From Myxococcota bacterium (GTDB lineage Bacteria > Myxococcota_C > UBA6777): a stretch of 64,000 bases of DNA. Of this stretch, positions 58,614-64,000 are shown in pieces. The stretch spans positions 1 through 64,000 of the forward strand of contig JAKLKB010000014.1 of the NCBI GenBank assembly GCA_023150835.1, read 5' to 3'. The notes under the pieces were generated by a model. That model was given only the letters and a program-made list of their open reading frames with translations, did no database searches and was not told where the DNA came from. How positions within the stretch are numbered: position 1 is the first letter of the stretch; the number at the start of each line of letters is the position of its first letter. The position numbers and the translations under genes were made by a program.

Positions 58614-59303
58614 GTGTCAGAAAAAAGTGTATGGAAACCAGCCTTTGTGACGCGCCAGCGCGAGGATCTCACCGACGCCGAAGCCCGCGCCTTGATCTGC
58701 GAGTTGTGCCACCATTTTTACCATCAAGGCTGGGCCAGCGGCACAGGAGGAGGCGTTTCTGTGCGCAACGGAGAGCGTATCTTTATGGCTCCAAGCGGCG
58801 TACAAAAAGAGCGGATGTTGCCAGAAGATATCTTTGTGCTGAACCGCGAAGGTGAAGTGATCGAGCCACCGCAAACCCCCGGGCTGAAAGTCTCGGCGTG
58901 TCGGCCACTTTTCTTGCATGCTTACACACTGCGAAACGCAGGAGCGGTGATCCATAGTCACGGGATCTACGCGATGTTGGCGACGTTGCTCTACGAAAAG
59001 AACTTTGTGATCACAAACCAAGAGATGCTCAAAGGGATCGAAGGCGTGGGAGCCTTTGATCACCACGAAGTGCCGATCATTGCGAACACAGCATACGAAG
59101 AAGAGTTAACGAATAGCCTTGAAGAAGCCATCCGCGCTTATCCCAAAGCCCAAGCCGTCCTTGTGAAGGGACATGGCGTGTATATATGGGGGCGGGACTG
59201 GATGCACGCCAAAGCCCAAGCGGAGTGTTACCATTATCTGTTCGAGGTCGCTGTAAAGCTCCATCAGATGGGGCTTTCGCCTGCGCACGGTGGTTTGGCG
59301 TGA
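58614..59303 (+). CDS. mtnB: Methylthioribulose-1-phosphate dehydratase
   Basis: GWASGTGGG; MAPSGVQKER; AGAVIHSH; QEMLKGI; VLVKGHGVYIWG..W..AK.QAECYHYLF; GTG start after gaggag. Confidence 0.92.
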   Translation: MSEKSVWKPAFVTRQREDLTDAEARALICELCHHFYHQGWASGTGGGVSVRNGERIFMAPSGVQKERMLPEDIFVLNREGEVIEPPQTPGLKVSACRPLFLHAYTLRNAGAVIHSHGIYAMLATLLYEKNFVITNQEMLKGIEGVGAFDHHEVPIIANTAYEEELTNSLEEAIRAYPKAQAVLVKGHGVYIWGRDWMHAKAQAECYHYLFEVAVKLHQMGLSPAHGGLA

Positions 59304-60463
59304 CGGGTCGTTGGCATCCCTTTGACGAAGAAGAAGCGCGCCTTGCGTTGGCCCTGATCGAAGGGATCGGTGGAAAGCTGGCGCAGCGGATGTTGCAGCG
59401 CTTTGGCAGCGCGTGTGCGATCTTTTCTGCTTCAGAAGAAGAACTGCGAGATGTCGAAGGGATCGGCGGAAAACTGGCGCAGCGGATGTTGGCGGGCCCC
59501 CCCACAAGCGCGCTCCAACAGATGCTTCGGCGGATACAGCAGTCATCGATCTGGCAAGTGGCGATCTGTGATCCCGATTATCCCGCCGCTCTGTTGCAGC
59601 TCACCTCGCCGCCCTTTTTGTTGTATGGGCGTGGTGATCGTCCACAACTGCGATCGATGCGAGGAGTCGGAGTGGTCGGGACACGCGAAGCCAACGCACA
59701 GGGCGCACGCTTGACGCAAGAGTGCGTCGAAGCGCTGTGCCGTCATGGTTACACCGTGATATCGGGTGGAGCGCGAGGGATCGATGCTTGTGCGCATCGA
59801 GAAGCCCTTCGTTTGGGCGGAAAGACATGGGCGCTGTTGGGTTGTGGGGTCGATGTGGCGTATCCGCCCGAACATGATACACTGTTTTCGCAGATCGCCG
59901 CGCAAGGCGGTGTGGTGCTTTCCGAATTTCCCCCGGGAGAACGCCCCGAAAAAGGGTATTTTCCACGCAGAAACCGCCTGATCGCGGCCCTGAGCGAAGC
60001 GGTGGTGGTGGTGCAATGCAGCGTGAAAAGCGGAGCGCTCAACACAGCGGAGGTTGCGAAAGAACTGCAACGACCTGTCGCGACGTATCCGGGTCGCCCG
60101 CTTGAGCCGTTGGCAGGGGGGCCGCATCAGCTTTTGCGCGAAGGGGCTTGGTTGATCGAAAGCGGCGAAGAACTTTGCCAGCGCCTCGCCGCACAAGGAG
60201 CGAGCGAAGTCCCGATCCAGCTTGCTTTGTGGGAGTCCCCCACCGAAACACCTTCAGCACGCACCTCCACTCGCCCCACACCACCGCCGCTTGGAAGCCC
60301 GCTGCGCTCGCTATGGGAACAGATCCCCCAAGAACCCCGCCACATCGACGAGATCGCACAATCAGTTGGTGAAAGCATCCAAAGCGTAAGCGCAAAGTTG
60401 GTGGAACTTGAGTTGTTGGGGCATGTGGTCGCTTATGCTGGGATGCGCTACGGAAAAACCTAG
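59300..60463 (+). CDS. dprA: DNA-processing protein DprA
   Basis: YP..L....PP..LY.RG; VVGTR; ISGGARGIDACAH; FPRRNRLIAALS; SGALNTA; C-terminal LVELELLG. Confidence 0.95.
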   Translation: MTGRWHPFDEEEARLALALIEGIGGKLAQRMLQRFGSACAIFSASEEELRDVEGIGGKLAQRMLAGPPTSALQQMLRRIQQSSIWQVAICDPDYPAALLQLTSPPFLLYGRGDRPQLRSMRGVGVVGTREANAQGARLTQECVEALCRHGYTVISGGARGIDACAHREALRLGGKTWALLGCGVDVAYPPEHDTLFSQIAAQGGVVLSEFPPGERPEKGYFPRRNRLIAALSEAVVVVQCSVKSGALNTAEVAKELQRPVATYPGRPLEPLAGGPHQLLREGAWLIESGEELCQRLAAQGASEVPIQLALWESPTETPSARTSTRPTPPPLGSPLRSLWEQIPQEPRHIDEIAQSVGESIQSVSAKLVELELLGHVVAYAGMRYGKT

Positions 60464-60625
60464 CAGGGATCGATGAGACAAGCCTCCACAGGAGAAGTCG
60501 ATTGACAGACCTGCATGAAACAAGCTATCTCTGCCCGTGCGCTTTTTTGGGTGGCGGAATGCCGCCTCGTCATCTCGCAAAGTCCGTATTATCCGTTCTT
60601 TCCGTTTTTCAAGAGAGAGTAGAGG

Positions 60626-63511
60626 ATGTCAACACTCGTCATCGTCGAGTCCCCCGCCAAAGCCAAGACCATCCAAAAGTACCTTCCTGCAAACTACGTC
60701 GTGATGGCCTCGATGGGCCACATCCGCGACCTTCCAGACAACGCAAGCCAGATGCCGACGAAGCTTCGCAAAGAAGCTTGGGCGAGTTTGGGCGTAAACG
60801 TCGAAGAAGACTTTGAGGCGGTCTATATCGTCAAAGATCCGCGCTCCAAAAAATCGATCGAAGAACTGAAAAAAGCCCTCAGCGAAGCCGACGAACTGAT
60901 CCTCGCAACGGACGAGGATCGCGAAGGAGAGGCGATTAGCTGGCACTTGAGAGAAGCACTCAAGCCCAAAGTGCCGATCAAACGGATGGTTTTTCACGAG
61001 ATCACCAAAACCGCCATCCAAGAAGCCCTCAACAATACACGCGCCATCGACGAGCATCTGGTCTCCGCACAAGAAGCTCGCCGCATCCTCGACCGCCTTG
61101 TCGGATATCCGCTCTCGCTGCTGGTGGGAAAAAAGATCAAGTACGGTCTGTCTGCGGGCCGCGTCCAATCCGCAGCGGTGCGGCTATTGGTCGAGCGCGA
61201 ACGCGAACGCCGCCGTTTTCAAAAAGGCACGTACTGGGATCTGAAGGCCGCACTCGCGAAAGGCCACGAGAGCTTTGACGCGATGCTGTACGCGATCAAC
61301 GAGGTGCGGATCGCCACAAGCAAAGATTTTGACGAACACACAGGCAAGATCGAAGCAAGCAAAGCAGGTAAGCTGTTGTTGCTCAACCAAGCCGATGCAC
61401 AACGGTATCAAGAAGCCATCCGCCAACATCCTTGGCGTGTCCTCTCCGTTCATCACAATCCGTATCGCACTTCTCCCAAACCACCGTTTACGACCTCCAC
61501 GCTCCAACAAGAAGCCAGTCGAAAGCTCGGATTATCGGCCCAAGAAACCATGGGCATCGCCCAACGCCTTTACGAAAACGGCCACATTACCTATATGCGT
61601 ACGGACAGCGTACACTTGTCCGATCAAGCCATCCAAGCAGCACGAGGTTCGATTCAAAAGCTGTACGGTGGCGACTATCTGCCCGATCAAGCCCGCCTCT
61701 ACAAATCCGCCGCCAAAGGCGCTCAAGAAGCCCACGAAGCCATCCGCCCGACAGGAGATGCTTTTGCACCGCCACGTCAAACAGGGTTGATCGGTCGCGA
61801 ACTCGCCCTGTACGAGTTGATCTGGATGCGAACGGTGGCCTCGCAGATGGTCGATGCACGCAAGACCTCGATCCGCGTAGAGATCGAGGTTCGTGCAGGA
61901 CAAGAGGCGTTGCAATTTCGCGCAAACGGCCAACGCATCGACTTTCCCGGATTCATGCGTGCCTATGTCGAAGGCAGCGACGAACCCGAGGCCGATCTCG
62001 AAAACAAAGATGTCCCACTGCCCGAACTCAAACAAGACGATCTGCTGTCTTGCCAAGAGATCAACGCTCTCTACCACGAGACCAAGCCCCCTGCTCGCTT
62101 TACCGAAGCGTCCCTCGTGAAGGCGCTTGAAGAAGAAGGCATCGGTCGTCCAAGTACGTACGCTGCGATCATCGAAAAGATCAAGGCCGAGGATCGCTAC
62201 GCTCGAAAAGTCGGAAACGCCCTTGTACCGACCTATATGGCCTTCGCGGTGACGCACTTTTTGGAGGAGTACTTTAGCGATCTCGTCGATCTGAAGTTTA
62301 CGGCGCGGATGGAAAACCAGCTTGACGAGATCGCACGCGGTGAACTGAGCAAGGTGAACTACTTGCACGAGTTTTATCGGAAAGAAGGGGCGTTTCGCGA
62401 TCAGATCGACGACCGCGACACCAACGTCGATCCAGAAAGCGCACGCTCTGTCGCGCTCGAGTCTTTTGGCGCAGAACTTCGCGTCGGTCGCTTTGGCCCG
62501 TATGTTCAATTTGAACAAGACGGTGAAGTCAAACGTGTCGATGTCCCCGATGATATCGCCCCTGCCGAGTTGACGTTGGCCCACTTGACGCAGTTGCTCG
62601 AAGAACGCGAGCAAGGCCCCACGATCATCGGCTTCCATCCTGAGGCAGGACGCGCCATCTACCTCAAAAAAGGCCCCTACGGACCTTATCTTGAGCTCGA
62701 AGCCCCCGCTCCCGAACCCGAAGACGCCGCTCCTGCCGAAGAAGGCAAAAAGAAACGCGGTCGCAAGCAAGGCACCAAAAAAGAAACGCCCAAGCCCACA
62801 CGCGCTTCGATCCCACGCTGGATCTCGATCCCCGATATCACAGAAGATCCCGATCGTGGCCTTGAACTGGCCGTCAAACTTCTGGCCCTCCCACGTCAAC
62901 TCGGCACACACCCCGAAGATCAGGCCCCCATCGAAGCGGGAATCGGTCGTTATGGAGCGTTTATCAAACACGGCGAGACCTATCGCAATCTCCCCGAAGA
63001 ATCGCGGGTGTTGGATATCACGCTCGAAGAAGCCCTCACGATCTTGCGTGAACCCCGAAAAGGCAAAGGCATCAAAACCAGCAGCGTCCTGCGAGAACTC
63101 GGCAGCGATCCCGAAGGAAATGCCGTACAGATCTGCGACGGTCGCTATGGGCCGTATATCAAAGGACACCAAGTCAATGCTCCGATCCCTCGGGGCTTTT
63201 CGCCAGAAACCTTAACCCTCGAAAAAGCCATCGAACTGCTCGCCATCCGCAAAGCCACCCAGCCCGAAAAGCCACCCAGCAAAAAGGCGACAACCAAGAA
63301 AAAAGCCGAAGCCTCCGAGGCTTCGGAGGCTTCGGATGACGACGAGAGCGACAACAAGACCCCTCGCAAAACCAAAGCCAAGGTCGCCAGTAAAGAAACC
63401 GCCGAGACCAGCGAGAAAAAAACCAACAAAACCTCGACGAAGGCGGCCAGCGAGAAAAAGCCCCCAACCGCCGCCAAGACCGCCAAGGCCGCCAAGTCGA
63501 CCAAAACATGA
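60626..63511 (+). CDS. topA: DNA topoisomerase I with C-terminal repeats and Lys-rich tail
   Basis: LVIVESPAKAKTI; ATDEDREGEAI; SAGRVQS; ITYMRTDS; AQEAHEAIRPT; GIGRPSTYA; GRFGPY/GRYGPY repeats. Confidence 0.97.
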   Translation: MSTLVIVESPAKAKTIQKYLPANYVVMASMGHIRDLPDNASQMPTKLRKEAWASLGVNVEEDFEAVYIVKDPRSKKSIEELKKALSEADELILATDEDREGEAISWHLREALKPKVPIKRMVFHEITKTAIQEALNNTRAIDEHLVSAQEARRILDRLVGYPLSLLVGKKIKYGLSAGRVQSAAVRLLVERERERRRFQKGTYWDLKAALAKGHESFDAMLYAINEVRIATSKDFDEHTGKIEASKAGKLLLLNQADAQRYQEAIRQHPWRVLSVHHNPYRTSPKPPFTTSTLQQEASRKLGLSAQETMGIAQRLYENGHITYMRTDSVHLSDQAIQAARGSIQKLYGGDYLPDQARLYKSAAKGAQEAHEAIRPTGDAFAPPRQTGLIGRELALYELIWMRTVASQMVDARKTSIRVEIEVRAGQEALQFRANGQRIDFPGFMRAYVEGSDEPEADLENKDVPLPELKQDDLLSCQEINALYHETKPPARFTEASLVKALEEEGIGRPSTYAAIIEKIKAEDRYARKVGNALVPTYMAFAVTHFLEEYFSDLVDLKFTARMENQLDEIARGELSKVNYLHEFYRKEGAFRDQIDDRDTNVDPESARSVALESFGAELRVGRFGPYVQFEQDGEVKRVDVPDDIAPAELTLAHLTQLLEEREQGPTIIGFHPEAGRAIYLKKGPYGPYLELEAPAPEPEDAAPAEEGKKKRGRKQGTKKETPKPTRASIPRWISIPDITEDPDRGLELAVKLLALPRQLGTHPEDQAPIEAGIGRYGAFIKHGETYRNLPEESRVLDITLEEALTILREPRKGKGIKTSSVLRELGSDPEGNAVQICDGRYGPYIKGHQVNAPIPRGFSPETLTLEKAIELLAIRKATQPEKPPSKKATTKKKAEASEASEASDDDESDNKTPRKTKAKVASKETAETSEKKTNKTSTKAASEKKPPTAAKTAKAAKSTKT

Positions 63512-63692
63512 TCGACCTCAAGGACAAGGACAACACGACAACTCCACGACGGAAAACGGCTCAACAGAGGGCTGTGGGTACAAACACACGATCGACCCCA
63601 AGGACAACGCGACAACTCCACGACGGAAAACGGCTCAACAGAGGGCTGTGGGTGCAAACAGATGATCTACCTTGATTACAACGCGACAACAC
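63508..63692. repeat. Tandem duplication (about 74-bp period) spanning the topA end and the start of the cysteine desulfurase gene
   Basis: aaggacaac.cgacaactccacgacggaaaacggctcaacagagggctgtgggt.caaaca twice; the third partial unit is the gene start. Confidence 0.85.
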
Positions 63693-64000
63693 CGCTGGAT
63701 CGGCGCGTTGCGGACGCGATGCTGCCTTTTCTGTTTGAACACTTCGGCAACCCATCGAGCAGCCATCGATTTGGCCAAGTCACCCGCGCCGCCATCGACT
63801 CCGCAAGAGAAGAAGTCGCCCGATTGATCGGCGCAAGCACCGACGAGATCATCTTTACAAGCGGAGGCACCGAGTCCAACAACATGGCGATCAAAGGCAT
63901 CGCAGAGCGAGATGTCCAAAAAGGCCGTCACATCGTGATCTCCGCGTTTGAACATCCTGCGATCACCGAGCCTTGTGCCTACCTCGAAAAAAAAGGATTT
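63662..64000 (+). CDS. iscS: Cysteine desulfurase (IscS/NifS family), cut by the window end
   Basis: Manual translation MIYLDYNATTPLD...FGNPSSSH...IIFTSGGTESNNMAIKG...ISAFEHPAI. Confidence 0.9.
   Translation, partial: MIYLDYNATTPLDRRVADAMLPFLFEHFGNPSSSHRFGQVTRAAIDSAREEVARLIGASTDEIIFTSGGTESNNMAIKGIAERDVQKGRHIVISAFEHPAITEPCAYLEKKGF

Noticed and set aside
61532-63172. Long antisense ORFs (e.g. 546 aa opposite topA; also opposite sctN, the GMC gene and the helicase)
   Set aside because: These are shadow ORFs expected from biased codon usage in GC-rich genes, with no recognisable motifs.

Overview
Bacterial chromosomal window, most likely Myxococcota. This is inferred from the type III secretion gene arrangement, the Cys-rich repeat protein and the DUF4388 protein; no marker gene is present. 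In order it contains: (1) part of a type III secretion system (T3SS) cluster with several flagellum-like components: FliA/WhiG-type sigma, sctI, sctJ, a FliG-like protein, sctL, sctN, sctO and a FliK/SctP-like protein (131-7533); (2) housekeeping and envelope genes (gpmI, HEAT-repeat protein, xseB, tandem-domain lipoprotein, J-domain protein, DUF4388/pseudo-GTPase protein, spermidine-synthase-like membrane protein, two GT-C-type membrane proteins, pectinacetylesterase-family lipoprotein); (3) a lipid-modification neighbourhood (fatty acid hydroxylase, desaturase, YceI, GMC oxidoreductase, FadR-type regulator with a visible operator); (4) aspartate kinase, a Tat flavoprotein, a CxxCH protein, a TonB-dependent receptor, a stand-alone sigma region-4 protein, a degenerate Slt-like protein and cytochrome b5; (5) a nine-gene CDP-sugar/Wzx polysaccharide cluster; (6) a Cys-rich surface protein, UvrD-type helicase, mtnB-dprA-topA and a cysteine desulfurase cut by the window end. 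Non-coding features include a REP-containing MITE-like family (5 copies, one internally amplified 5x), a second two-hairpin repeat and several tandem duplications at gene ends. The window also shows a very strong C/A-rich + strand bias and conspicuous GATC enrichment. No rRNA, tRNA, CRISPR array or transposase was seen. All product calls come from motif recognition by eye, not database searches, and several start codons are estimates.
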